In this document: positions 41,541 to 54,451 of the stretch, in pieces | Position numbering within the stretch: position 1 is the first letter of the stretch | How the letters are laid out: the number at the start of each line of letters is the position of its first letter | Assembly (NCBI GenBank): GCA_964016885.1 | Contig: OZ024740.1 | Span: forward strand, 326,988,001 to 327,052,000 | DNA length: 64,000 bases | From: Eledone cirrhosa | Taxonomy: Eukaryota | Direction: 5' to 3' | Translations under genes and position numbers: made by a program | The notes under the pieces: model-generated | The model's database searches: none | What the model was told of the DNA's origin: nothing | Seen by the model: the letters and a program-made list of their open reading frames with translations, nothing else

Positions 41541-44500
41541 CTTAGAAAGAGACAGTACATATCTAGTATTACTAAAGTTGACATTGGTAGGGTTTAACCT
41601 CAATATACTGAGGTTGAAAAATAAATAGCCCAATAAATATAAATTGTGGCACTACTATTGCAGCCACAATAATGATAAGAACACAATTTAAGTGACATGG
41701 CTTTAAACAGAAAGTGAAATGAACAATTTCCTAAGAATGATCAAACCACTGTTTTCTCTGTTATTTGTGATAAATATATGTGCATGATAAAAAACGCATA
41801 GTTTGATACTAGCCTGGTCTAGTTATCAACTGCTTTCCCAGAGAAACAAATTAGATAGCCTGGATGCAATGGCACGCATATTCATTATTTCAGCTACACT
41901 ATCTACTACGATTGTACAATCTCATAAACTACACATGAATCAGCCTATATTTGAATAGACTTCAACAATTTATAGTAAAAATTGCTGTCTCCAACATTCA
42001 TCGTATGAAGTAAATCCAATCAAACAGCACTGGCGGATAGATTAGACACAGTCATTTCTTTCGAGGCAATATTTAAATAATATATAATTCACATACTGTG
42101 TAGTTTTCTAGCTTCATGAAATTTCCTTTCAAAATCTATGCTGCGAGATATAACGACAATTCTCTCGCTTTTAAGACTACAGAGCTTGGCAATTCTGACT
42201 ATACAAACAACCCTGAACGCGCGTAAACTCTATTTCATGTCTGTTTCAATAACTACTTCACTGAGGATCAAAGGCAGTAAGTGCTTGGCTGATCTTTTTA
42301 ATGTGATAATCTAAGAATGAACGAATGACGTTATTAAACTACTTAGTTCATTTGGTAATAAAGGAATAATACTTTGCCAGCGGAAAAAGAGATTCAAAAA
42401 TAATAAACAGAAATCATAACATAAAAATTAAACGCGAAATTAAATGCCTCAGAAATTTAAACCGTGATTATATTTGAAGTTAAATTAACGTTAAAAAATA
42501 TTCATTTAATCCAAAATATTAGAAGCAATAATATTTTGAACCAAAAGATAGAAGAATCTCGATCCTTTAATTATGTGTAGTCTTGGATTAAAATGTTATG
42601 ATGCTTATAAAGTAATTAAAAATGAAATAAGATGAAATCGTTTTGAAAATTTGCTCACAACCGTGGGAAAAAATCTTTGGTGTTTTCTGAATGTCAAACT
42701 AGATTTGAATTACCGTAAATGGATGGGAATTGTATTAAGAATACTCGAGAATTATATTAGTTCAGAGACTTTAAAATCTCTACACATTAAATGTAAGGTG
42801 ACGTCGACAATCAATAAAAATTAGTTGTCTGCGAACGGCATAAAAGAAAATTTAAATTAAAGATAGATTTCCAGAGATCAAGTAAAAGAAAAAAAAAAAA
42901 CTTTCCCTAAGATTTTAAATATTTTTCTGTAAATTTAAAAAAAGTTGTTTGGATATTTTGTATTTATTTATTGCTTATTTTTGCCCTTTTAAAATGTTTT
43001 TACATTCCGGTAATATATACATTAAACAAATAAAGCTGAATTCTATTTAATGGCTCAGTTCTTGCTGCTTGTTTTCACCATCGATATAGTTATTTAAATG
43101 ATTATTTTACGCTTTCTTATTTTGGAGATCTCAGTATTTAGAAATTACTTCCTTCGCCACATTACTATTAAGTTGTAGCTGTTTCTTTGTATATAGAGAA
43201 ATGTGAGATCTAGAATTGTGACAATCAGTGATTGCTTCCTTTATGTTATTACCAAGGACATTAGTTTCATCAGAGACTTGAAACCAGGACACAAATTCTT
43301 AAATCTACTACAAAATCCTAGTCTTTTTCTACAACATAAACACAAATCACGACAGTTTAGCTATTGGGGCAAAATGAATAAGTGTTAACAGCCACCAAAT
43401 AAAATGAATTAGAAAGAAATTACAGTTACCGAGATATAAATGGTCTATTGGTTGGTAACAATATGTCAATTATTACATTGTAAGTATACAGTGGTATAAC
43501 TTGATGTTAAACAGAGGCTCTATATAAGAATAGATGAATATAAGAGCGTTGTACTCTTGCTGACAAATTTCAAAATTACTCTTCACAAAGACTAAATATG
43601 TCATAATCATGCACTTACAGAATTAGTTTTCCTGGCGTATGATGTCTTACGCAATTTGAAATTCATGGGTGACAATAGATTTTAGACTATACGGAAATAT
43701 ATTCTGAACAGATTGTTTGCTAATAAATAATAGTGCATTTCATAAGCACCAGTTTGAGACAAAGTAAATATTTGTTTACTGCTATTCATAGCAGTTACCC
43801 TATTTCATATTTTGCTTTACAGAAGTTTCAAATAAACTGTACGAAACCTAATAGAATCAACTGCCTGAAACGTCAGTTTCGTTGCCAGCGTATATCTGCA
43901 GAGAATGTTGGTTCATAAATTCAAAATCACTCTAAAGCAAGTCTAAATATATTTTCATTTGCTGAAGTAATTAGTTTTCTTGCTATATCGTGTTTCACGT
44001 ACGCATTTAATTTTCTTAACTCTGTGTACTTCTAGAAGAATTAGTCTATTAACGGAAATTAGTGTCTGTTTCATTCAAATAACGGACATAGAAACATCAT
44101 TTTCTCAGGTAGAGGACATATGAACTCATTGCTGTAGAGGTAAACAAGGAAACAAAATAGAAAAATGGCGGGACTGATTGAGAAAAATATATTGATTTCT
44201 ACAGACAGGCCAAGACCTATTTTTGTAGACGTTGTGCGTAGTCGATCGCCTAAACCCTGGTATATTATTTATGAAAGAACCTCTAGGTGGTTGCCCTACA
44301 AGTAATAGCATCCAAAGCATCCTTTAAATGACGCTCTGTCGTCATAAGGAAGAAATGATACATTGAATAATGTAGTTTTAGGTATATTATGTCTACAAAA
44401 TAAATAAAAAATAATGAAATGGTCACGACTCAAATGTCTTTCATCAACGGTCTGTTTGATCAGAGCTGCATGGGGTTAACAACAACAACAACAACAACAA

Positions 44501-44641
44501 CGACGACTTGTTATTATGTAATCGAACTCGAAGCTATGAAAAGATAAGAAAATATAGTTATGACGAGATTTAAACTCCAAACTAAACCGTGGACAGAGGA
44601 GCTTTTAAATACTATGTATAGATACGACACACACACACACA

Positions 44642-44682
<41 letters not shown>

Positions 44683-44771
44683 CCTGACTGGTATATATAT
44701 ATATATATAACTTGACTGCCAATACGGGAATTGAATAATCAAGACCGTAGCGGTATGTCATATATCAAATC

Positions 44772-44843
44772 ATATATTTTGTCTGATGAGGACGTACTGA
44801 AAAAACAGCACAGTACCTTTGAAATATATATAATAAAGTATAT
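44772..44843 (+). ncRNA. Type I hammerhead (family of 52498-52564)
   Basis: atatattttgt CTGATGA ggac-gtactg..cagtac-cttt GAAA tatata TA ataaagtatat; in ~180 bp insert within (TA)n. Confidence 0.75.
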
Positions 44844-44888
44844 ATTTTTATTATGCGAATATTTTTTCATTTGTTAACATTTTGAATA

Positions 44889-44921
<33 letters not shown>

Positions 44922-44977
44922 CCCCACACATATATATATATATGTGTGTGTCGAAAATATTCTTACTATATATATAT

Positions 44978-45822
44978 AGTGGGTCCGGGTATGCTTTTTA
45001 CATTCGTTTCATTTGTTGATTTATTGATAATTTATCTGAGTGTCCCGAATCTTCCATATCGAAATTTTTCGGTTATTTGGTTGATTGTAGACATATTCTA
45101 CGTGTGACGGTATTTTAACGATAGTTATAGCTCTGATTTATTTGAATTATGGAGCCCTCTGCCGCTCATCTCGAATTTTGTTTATCGTGAACTCGTGCGC
45201 CGATTTTTCGATACTCGATTATTCTCTAGACCTAGCTATTGACCAGTTAATTTTATTGTTCATTTTTTGTCGATTCTATTAAATGATGAATAGCTCCTGT
45301 TTATTTTAACATGTCTATTGAGCACTCTTATTCGATATGTGTTATTCCACATTTTCACGAATATTTTTTGCGGATATAAAGGTTATCTCCCTTGCTGAAA
45401 TCCATGTGCGTATTTTCAACCTGGGTTTTGCCTTTTCATCCGTTTGGACTAAGGCTCGTTGAAGAAGTAGCTCCAGTCCCCCGTTGTCTGTAAGTCTTAT
45501 ATTTTTGTGTGAGCTGATAGAGGACGGTTTAAGGAGTTACAGAAACCCAAGAAGCTAGATATACCATCTCTCTAGTGGGTCCGGGTATGCTTTTTACATT
45601 CATTTCATTTATTGATTTATTGATAATTTATCTGAGTGTCCCGAATCTTCCATATCGAAATTTTTCGGTTATTTGGTTGATTGTAGACATATTCTACGTG
45701 TGACGGTATTTTAACGATAGTTATAGCTCTGATTTATTTGAATTATGGAGCCCTCTGCCGCTCATCTCGAATTTTGTTTATCGTGAACTCGTGCGCCGAT
45801 TTTTCGATACTCGATTATTCTT
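44978..45822. repeat. A-B-A element with ~248 bp near-identical direct repeats in (TA)n
   Basis: 44978-45225 repeated at 45574-45822 (period 596). Confidence 0.85.
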
Positions 45823-46176
45823 CTATATATATATATATATATATATATATTGCACTACTAAAGCTGGAACTCACACTACAAACGAAGAGAACTGGTAATT
45901 ATGTGAACATGGCCTTGAGAAAAAACACCAACTAAATGAGTCATTCAATTAAAAGGATTGTTGTTTTTGACGTTGTTTAGTCAGAAGTCCATGACTGAAT
46001 AGACATATGGCACGTAGCTATGCAGACATAACGATGAGGTATAATCCACAGTTCCATTACTTCTGGATAGGTCATGCCTCCATTAATTGAAGCTTTGATT
46101 GTGTAATCTGAGAGTCAGTCCTATATGTCTATTGGTTCTTGCGGTTGCTACAGTTGAGAGAGGTGGTGGTAGTAGA

Positions 46177-46235
<59 letters not shown>

Positions 46236-46864
46236 CAGCAGTAGTAGTAGTATTTAAATTGATATTAGCTGTAGTAATGATGGTCTCGGAAGCTATACTA
46301 GCTATAGTAATAGTATCAATTGGTAATTTGTGATGATGATGATAATGAGAATATGATGATGATGAGGATGATGATGATGATGATGGTTACGATGTTAATC
46401 CAATAAAAATATTAGAGAAAGGAGTACAACACTTTGTTGATGTAACAAATATTTAATGAACCAGTCTGAGACTTGTTTAGAAGACGTAAATCTCTGAAAG
46501 TATTTAGAGTTCCTTTTAATATAAGTAAGCGTTTAGAAATACACACCCACACGCACACACACGTACACATACACACAGGCACACCCACACACACAGACGC
46601 ACTCACACACACATACACACACATATACGTATATGTTTGTCTGCCTGTCTGTATGTATATCTGAGTGTGGTTAAACATACATACAGGTACGTGCATACAC
46701 ACATACATACATACATTTATATATACACACCCACACACTCACATATATGCATACATACATAAATACATATATACATACATAAACACATATACACATACAT
46801 ACATAAACACATATATGCATACATACTCAAATATATATATATATACATACATATATATGGTGGC

Positions 46865-47430
46865 TGCCAGCTCGTTTTCGAGTACGGCCACTACTTTATA
46901 TCCATGTAGGAGAACCCCTACTGATGCGCTGAACGAGTGTAACTTTTTAGTCCAGCCAGCGACATGAAAACTCTGGTACAAACACTACACTTGTGACAAT
47001 TACTGACACATAGTGACGACAAGTGCAGAGAGATCTCCAGATATAAAGCAATGCCTGTGCCGTGAAACTTTTATAGTGAGCAAAGGCACTGCACAAAGCC
47101 AGTCCCACTCTCTTAACCAAGATGATATTTACCAAAAAGAAGAACAAGTCAACATCATTGGATACCATCAGGGTTGCAGGTGTTATATCAGAGTTTTCCT
47201 TCTCCTAGAATTATGCCCTGACAAAGGCTAAGGGGTCATCTCTCCCGGTGATTTTGGATGGCCATTGACTCTTAAGAGATCCTTTGCCCTTCGACAGGTT
47301 TTGTTTTTAGTCCTGTAGGATGTCCAAAGTCACCCTCCTCACCAAGAAACCTTGGTGGAGTTGCCAGTTTAGTCGCCAACGACCCGACCATGAGACAGGT
47401 TGTACTGGGATACAGGTTGTACTGGGATAC
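46865..47430 (-). mobile_element. Non-coding, probably RTE-related element
   Basis: Homologous to 31660-31856 (5' part) and 49817-50135 (3' part); gagttttccttctcctag..tgccctgacaaaggcta motif. Confidence 0.65.
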
Positions 47431-47493
47431 ATATATATAAATACATACGTACATACATAAATAGATATATACATACATACGTACATACATACA

Positions 47494-49525
47494 TTCTGTT
47501 CCCTACTCTTGGATGACAGAAGCCCTCCGACTTGCTAAAGTCCCAGACATCATTATCAGAGCCATAGAGAAGCTGTCTTCTTCTTGGGATATTATCCTAA
47601 AGTTAAAGACAGAGAAGGAGGTCTCTATTTTCACTGATAAAATAAAATATCGCAGGGGTATATTTCAGGGAGACAGTCTCTCTGTGATACTATTCATCCT
47701 ATCGTTAAACTCCTTGTACTTTCTGCTCAAGAAATGTGAAGGATAGATCATTGGCTCACAGGAGGACAGAAATACGAACCTAACACATAATTTATTTGTG
47801 GTTGATCTGAAACTCATGGATGGGATGAAGAAAAATCTTGACCTGGTTACAGCATTCTCAAAGGATATAGGAATGGAGTTTGGCCAAGATAAATGCTCAT
47901 ATATTACTGTAAAGCGGGGGAAAACAACAACCAATCTAGCAACATTTGTATCAATGGCCTAACTGTTTCACCAATATCTGATGAGGACTGCTACAGATAC
48001 CTGGGGATAGATGAGAACATATCCTATAATGGTATCTGTAATAAGGAACGCGTAACCAGGGAATACTACACCCGATTAAGAAAGATCTGGTCATCGGAAC
48101 TCTCTGCGCAAAATAAAACAGTGGCTCACAATGTGTTTGCTGTGCCTGTCCTAACACTAACTTTTGGAATCCTCAATTGGACGATAGACGAAATCCGAGC
48201 GATTTATGTTAGAACTCGAAAAATACTAAACAAGACCGCCTTTACTTGAAACGTAAGCAGAGAGGCAGAGGCCTAACATCAGTCCAGACAGCATTTGAAT
48301 GTCGCATCATATCCCTCCGACAACATCTACGAACCTCGAAGCGTAGGAGCCCGTCTCTCGAGCAAGTCTATCTGCATGAAACAGATAAGATCATGAGAGT
48401 TGGGAAGGAACTCCTCGTGAGGTATTCCCTGTGTGATAATCAAAAACTCACACCCAGGGAAGTTGCTCAGCAGTATCGCAGTGAATCCATGGATGAAAAA
48501 CTACATGCTTATCAGCAAAAAATCATGCATGAATATGTTGCCAGGAAGCTCCAGAGTGAGAGTAATATAGATAAAGAAAGTAGTCTATCTTGGACCAACA
48601 ACCGCTATATTGGCTCCCACTTTGAAGGATACGCTTTTGCAATCCAAGAACAGGAAATCAACACGAAATACCTGATTCACAAAAGAGCTAGGGATGCAGG
48701 CAAACACCTAGATGTGATAACAAGTGCAGACTTTGCAGAATTAACATCGAAGATGTCACCCATGTCATCAGCAGCTGTCCAAAGATGTCATCGCAGTACT
48801 ATCTACCTATGAGGCATGATATAGTGACCAAAACACTGTACAATGCAATCCGTAGAAAAGATAGCCCCGATGCATTAAAAGCTACAGCAATGTGGAAGAC
48901 ATATATAATATGGAAAAGTACTGGTGGAATGTCCCAGTAAAAACCCTAATAAAAGGCAGGCATAACAGACCAGATATTATGATATGGGACAGGGAAAAGA
49001 AAGCATGCACAGTAGTGGAAATTAGCTGCCCATCATATGCCAATATAATATCAAAGATTAGCGAAAACGAGAATATTTATACAGAACTGATGAGAAATCT
49101 GCAGATACTGCACCCTGATTATACCTTCAGATTTATGCCTATGATTATTGGGGCACTGGGATATGTTAGTAACTGCCTCAATACAAATCTTGAGAAGCTG
49201 GGCTTCACAGGAAGAGAAACAACATAACTAGTTAGGAAATTACAAGTACAATCCATTAATGGAACAGTAAAAATATGTAAAACATTCCAAAAATTTTGCA
49301 TCTAATAACTGCATATACACATGTACAGATACAAAGCATATTCACATACAACTCAAAACATCCACATCCACACATACAATAACATCCATATCTATACAGG
49401 CATGCATGCAGACATATCTACCTAGTTGATGTTGTGTAAATTCCAATGAGAGAGTCTTGTGTCTATGTTAGAAACCGACTCTCTCTCTATTGGCAAAAAT
49501 TTGTGAAATTATAAAACCAGAAGAA
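47494..49525 (+). mobile_element. 5'-truncated R4/Dong-type non-LTR retrotransposon (RT plus restriction-like endonuclease), pseudogenised
   Basis: SVPYSW, RRGIFQGDSLS..LFIL, HNLFVVDLKL, YRYLGI, AIQEQEINTK, CRLC..EDVTHVISSC..RHD, RPDIMIWD..VVEISCP; stops and frameshifts; ACAT repeats on both flanks. Confidence 0.9.
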
Positions 49526-49816
49526 CATACATAAATACATACAAACACAAACATCAATTTGTAGGAGAGTAAAAGATTGTAAAACATTCCAAAGATTCTC
49601 AATTTCCGATTACTGGAATAAGAATTTGCACACACTCACATTATGTGTGGATGGCATAAACGCTCTCGTAAATAAAACTGTAACCATACATACCCATGTA
49701 CCAAAGACACATGTACGTCTATTATATGACTGTTCATACATACATACATATATATATACATACATATATAAATGCATACAGACATATATAAATAAATACA
49801 TACATACATATATACA

Positions 49817-50135
49817 TGATGATGATGCCTGCCCCCTCGTTATCGAGTATGGCCATTGCACGATATGCCACTATCAATAATTATTAATGAATTCCATCGT
49901 GCAATGCCTCTGCGTGAAGATATTTTTTAAAGTGAGGAAAGACTGTGCACTGAGCCAATCCCACTCTCTGAGCGACAGTAGCTATAACCCTAAAAGAAGA
50001 AAAGATCAACATCATCGGTAACTACTGAGCCGCAGGTTTTGTGTCGCAGTTATCGCAGTTTCCTGAGTTGCCTTCTTCTAGAAGAATGCCCTGACAAATG
50101 CTAGCGGTCCTTCACTTCCAGCGGTTTAACCGCGT
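49817..50135 (-). mobile_element. 3' part of the same non-coding family as 46865-47430, with (CAT)n tail
   Basis: ctcgttatcgagtatggcca, gcaatgcct, cccactctct, tcaacatcat and tgccctgacaaa blocks are shared. Confidence 0.65.
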
Positions 50136-50169
50136 GATCGAGTATCCAGCCCGATTATTTCCATGTCCC

Positions 50170-50238
<69 letters not shown>

Positions 50239-50310
50239 ACTTAGAGTTTACACTCAATGGGGTCATTTACAATTTTTTCAGCTCTAAGAATCGCTTCTGA
50301 GCAGTATAAA

Positions 50311-50450
50311 TTAATATATGATAAACATTTACATGTTTTAGTTGCAATCGACTAATAAAATAGTTAGAATGAAATATCTTAATTAAGATATTTCATTCTA
50401 ACTATTTTATTAGTTAATTGCAACTAAAACATGTAAATGTTTATCATATA

Positions 50451-50454
<4 letters not shown>
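50311..50454. repeat. Near-perfect palindrome (~72 bp arms) with one-sided tail, in (TA)n
   Basis: Centre gaaatatcttaattaagatatttc; unique tail 50235-50310. Confidence 0.85.
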
Positions 50455-50504
<50 letters not shown>

Positions 50505-50684
50505 CACATGCAAACAAGCATATACATATATATATATACATATACATATGTACAAAACTTCCATGCTTCCCGAAATTCGCCTACATTACACCTGATATTC
50601 CTTCTCCATACACACGTACTCATATGTGTGTGTGCCTGTGTGTATATCATGAATCATACACTTTTTAATTTCCTGACATTTGTA

Positions 50685-50862
50685 CGGCAGTATCGGTAGA
50701 GGGTCGGACGCCATGCTTTCCAGCAGAGTTACGTCCCTTTACGATCTGAGTTCAAATCCCGCCGAGGTTGACTTTGCCTTTCATCCTTACGGGGTCGATA
50801 AAATAAAGTACCATTAATGTACTGGGTGATTGCTGACCTTGTGCCAAAAGTAGAAACAATTA
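50685..50862 (+). mobile_element. tRNA-derived SINE
   Basis: Matches 38513-38702. Confidence 0.88.
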
Positions 50863-51116
50863 TTATATGTACTATACATGCACTTTAGATGAGGTGTAGT
50901 GCACCTGAGCACTGTACACAACAATGTTCATTATTATTTTATTATAAGAATGAGGCAGGTCACTCTGTCGAGGAATCCAACCCATGATCTCATGACCGTG
51001 AGTCCAACAGATTAACCACTATGCTATATGTAGGTGTGTATAATGCGAGGTTCTCTTAGTATGTATACACTTGATGCACACCTTCCCCTCTGGCAGTTTT
51101 GCCTCTATTCTTTGTG

Positions 51117-51177
<61 letters not shown>

Positions 51178-51456
51178 ATGTGTGTGTGTGTGTGTGTGTG
51201 TGCGTGTGTGTGTGCGTGTGTGTGTGTGTAATTGTGTTGTGTGTGTATGTGTATTCATGATTTAACACTACAGCACTATGACAATTTCAAATTTTAACAC
51301 CTCATTGGATGTCGACATATAGGAGGCGTTTATATATTTATACATACACACACCAACTCTCTCTCTCACACACACACAGAGACACAGACACGCACGCACA
51401 TACATATATATATATATATATACATATATATATGTGTGTGCGTGTGCGTGTATGTA

Positions 51457-51492
<36 letters not shown>

Positions 51493-51581
51493 GCGAAAAC
51501 CAACCAAACAGTGTGTTCTGTTATTAATTCTGGCAATATTATTACACAAATATGACCCTCCTCAAGTATAACAATATATAT

Positions 51582-51679
<98 letters not shown>

Positions 51680-51719
51680 AAAAAGAACAGAATGATGCAG
51701 TAAAAGAGATTTATTCGAT

Positions 51720-51839
51720 TCTTACGTACGTTTCAATAGACATCAATTTGCCTAGATCTCGCTATATCTATAATATTATATATTTAGTAGAGCATTCGAT
51801 ATCCAATGCGCAATCGATCCCATATCATCAGAGATTATG
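51720..51839 (-). ncRNA. Type I hammerhead, mirror copy of 51842-51961
   Basis: tcatcag at 51825-31; tct-ta-cgtacg-tttc at 51720-34. Confidence 0.7.
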
Positions 51840-51841
51840 AA

Positions 51842-51961
51842 CATAATCTCTGATGATATGGGATCGATTGCGCATTGGATATCGAATGCTCTACTAAATA
51901 TATAATATTATAGATATAGCGAGATCTAGGCAAATTGATGTCTATTGAAACGTACGTAAGA
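51842..51961 (+). ncRNA. Type I hammerhead with 90-nt stem II extension
   Basis: tct CTGATGA(51850-56) [51857-51946] GAAA(51947-50) cgtacg TA aga; palindromic stem III ACGTACGT. Confidence 0.7.
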
Positions 51962-52497
51962 ACCGAATAAATCTCTTTTACTGCATCTTTCTGTTCTTTT
52001 TAATTCTCTATACACGCCCCGGAATATAGCTAAACTGGAATATACACCTTTTTTCTGCATTTCGTTGAGCACCACTCTGTTGTAAGCAACACGGTACATA
52101 AAATAAAATATTTTGAATATTAACGGTCAACCAGATATGTTTAGATATATATTGTATATATGGATAATTGTCTAAAGACTTGAACATAAGTTTATTCCTC
52201 TTTATCTTTCTCTCTGTAATCAACTCTTTTGCTTTTCTAGGCCCCTACTAACTATGTTATCCCCTCATCTGTCTCTTCCTCTATGCTTTTCTTTTCTTTC
52301 CTCTTTCTTCAATAATTTAAATTATTTAACAGTTATATTAATGCCAAGTATTTGTTAAGGTGTCTCACACGCACCCTCTCTATTGTATGTATTATATATT
52401 TTTCTCATGTTTCTCAATATTAAGGTATATAAATATTGAGTTTTATCATATCTTACTCACTACCATGACTGAATCTTAACCATCTACTATGTCATCT

Positions 52498-52564
52498 TAT
52501 TTTATCTGATGAGGACGTACAGTTGAAGTTAACTCAGTACCTCTGAAATATGTATAATAAAATA
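52498..52564 (+). ncRNA. Type I hammerhead
   Basis: tattttat CTGATGA ggac-gtac..gtac-ctct GAAA tatgta TA ataaaata; 8-bp stem I. Confidence 0.78.
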
Positions 52565-52701
52565 TACTTGATCACAAAAATATCTATTTTGTTAATATTT
52601 TGAATTAATATTAATAACTCTGGAAAACCAAAACTGTTGAGTGCTTCCAATCTATTGTAAAACTCATTCTTTGATTTATTCATTGAACCTTGTTTAACTT
52701 T

Positions 52702-52753
<52 letters not shown>

Positions 52754-52756
<3 letters not shown>

Positions 52757-52947
52757 CGAAGGAGGTGTGGTAAGGAACCAGGTGGACCATAACGCACCAG
52801 AGTACTCAATACTTAGGGTAGTAGAGTGGGTAACAGGAAAATGTTTAACCCCGACGGCAGAGCTCAAGCCGTTTCGTGGGCTATTTCTGGACTCAAATAG
52901 CCGTCGAAACGGCTAGAGCTCTGCCCTCGGGGTTAAACATTTGCCTT
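52754..52947. mobile_element. Foldback plus tail element in (TA)n with truncated hammerhead-like core
   Basis: Arms aaatgtttaaccccga..gccgtttcg and cgaaacggc..ggggttaaacattt; minus strand TGA gtcc..GAAA cggc but no upstream CTGA. Confidence 0.7.
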
Positions 52948-52949
52948 TA

Positions 52950-53015
<66 letters not shown>

Positions 53016-53032
53016 CATACATACATACATAC

Positions 53033-53121
<89 letters not shown>

Positions 53122-53545
53122 ATACTCGGCCATGGATGCGTGCGTGTAATTGGTCGAGTATTATAATAGTCTTAACCGACTTGCTAGAGATGTGACAAAG
53201 TAGCCTAGGATAGCTTGAATTGACGGCAAAATGTCTGAAACAAGTTAAGCAATAAGAACAGCAGCTAGACTCATTAAGAAAGAGAAGTTCACTTGTTAAT
53301 GTTTCAGCCGGTTTGATTAGATAAGTCAATTTATGTCTGTCTGAAGGCGTAAAATGTCAATATTGGTTTAATTAGGTAGCGCAACTGTCGACTTAGGCAA
53401 CAGTTCGAATTTAGAAATGGTGAGAAACCGACATATCCATACACATACACACACACACTCACATACCTTCACATACACGCATACACACGCATACACACAC
53501 ACGCACACTCACACACGCTTGTGTGTATGTATGCATGTATGTACG

Positions 53546-53621
<76 letters not shown>

Positions 53622-53638
53622 TATATATATATATATAA

Positions 53639-54085
53639 TCTATATATATAAAACTGAGGATGTCTGTGTGTGTGTGTGTTTGTGAGTTTGAATCCGTAAA
53701 ACTCGAGAAGTACCCAACCAATTTTTTTCAAACTTTACATGTGTATTACTTATGTTTCAGGGAGTGTTATGCATTCAACTTTTTGATCCCCTAGGGCCTG
53801 CATTAGGTGAAAAACTGCGTTTTTTTTTCAGCTTTTTAGGGGGTTTTTGAGGCTTTACGTCAGACCGATTTCCTTGAAATTGTAACTATGTATCTTCATC
53901 ATAACGTGAGCAAAGAAAATCCAACTTTTTTATTGCCTAGCATTAGGTGAAAAACTTTATGTTTTTCAGCTTTTTAGAGCTTTTTTGAGGCGTTACGTCT
54001 AACCGATTTTCTCGAAATTTCAAGGCATATTATGCACATTAAAAAAATTCATTTCTTGATCCCCTTAGGTGAAAACCTGCATTTT
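53639..54085 (+). mobile_element. Non-autonomous Helitron-like element 5' portion with ~125 bp internal repeats
   Basis: Starts TCTATATATATAAAACT, then (GT)n and aactcgagaagtacccaaccaattt..aaact; repeated ttaggtgaaaaact..ccgattt..gaaatt units. Confidence 0.55.
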
Positions 54086-54451
54086 TCCTGCTTCATCGAA
54101 GAAAATCTTAAAGTATTCGTTTTTTTCGGTAAATATATACCCCCCACACACTCTCAAGCGTGAAACTAAAAACCATATCATTTGTACTGCCTCTCTAGGA
54201 AAAACAATTATAGAAATACGCAAGTGCAGAAGTAATTACTTCCCAAAGTCGAGTCAACTACTGTTTGATCGACGCGGAGGAAGCAACTGTGAAAACTCAG
54301 AATATAATAGATTATTCATATTATTAAGTCAAGTGATTACGTCTGGTAGTCAGTGTGAGGCTTTGAAATTACGTAATAGGTATTTCGAAACATGTGGACA
54401 ACGCGAGTAAAATTCATTTGTTGTATTTAGATAAGCGCTAATCGCGATTCC

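Larger units (their letters stand above)
51672..52009. mobile_element. Foldback palindrome (~168 bp arms) carrying two back-to-back hammerheads
   Basis: Centre gagattatg-aa-cataatctc; about two arm mismatches by eye; left end abuts (TA)n(GA)n. Confidence 0.92.

Noticed and set aside
44109-44139. Possible micro-exon (tttctcag..gtaaac)
   Set aside because: Stop codons in all three frames
41600-44300. Repeat-poor stretch as exon or regulatory region (also 58900-60500)
   Set aside because: No ORF or motif I can support without cross-species alignment
47325-47430. Twister ribozyme (aactcc..ggaggg)
   Set aside because: P4 stem-loop and pseudoknot partners not found in the required order
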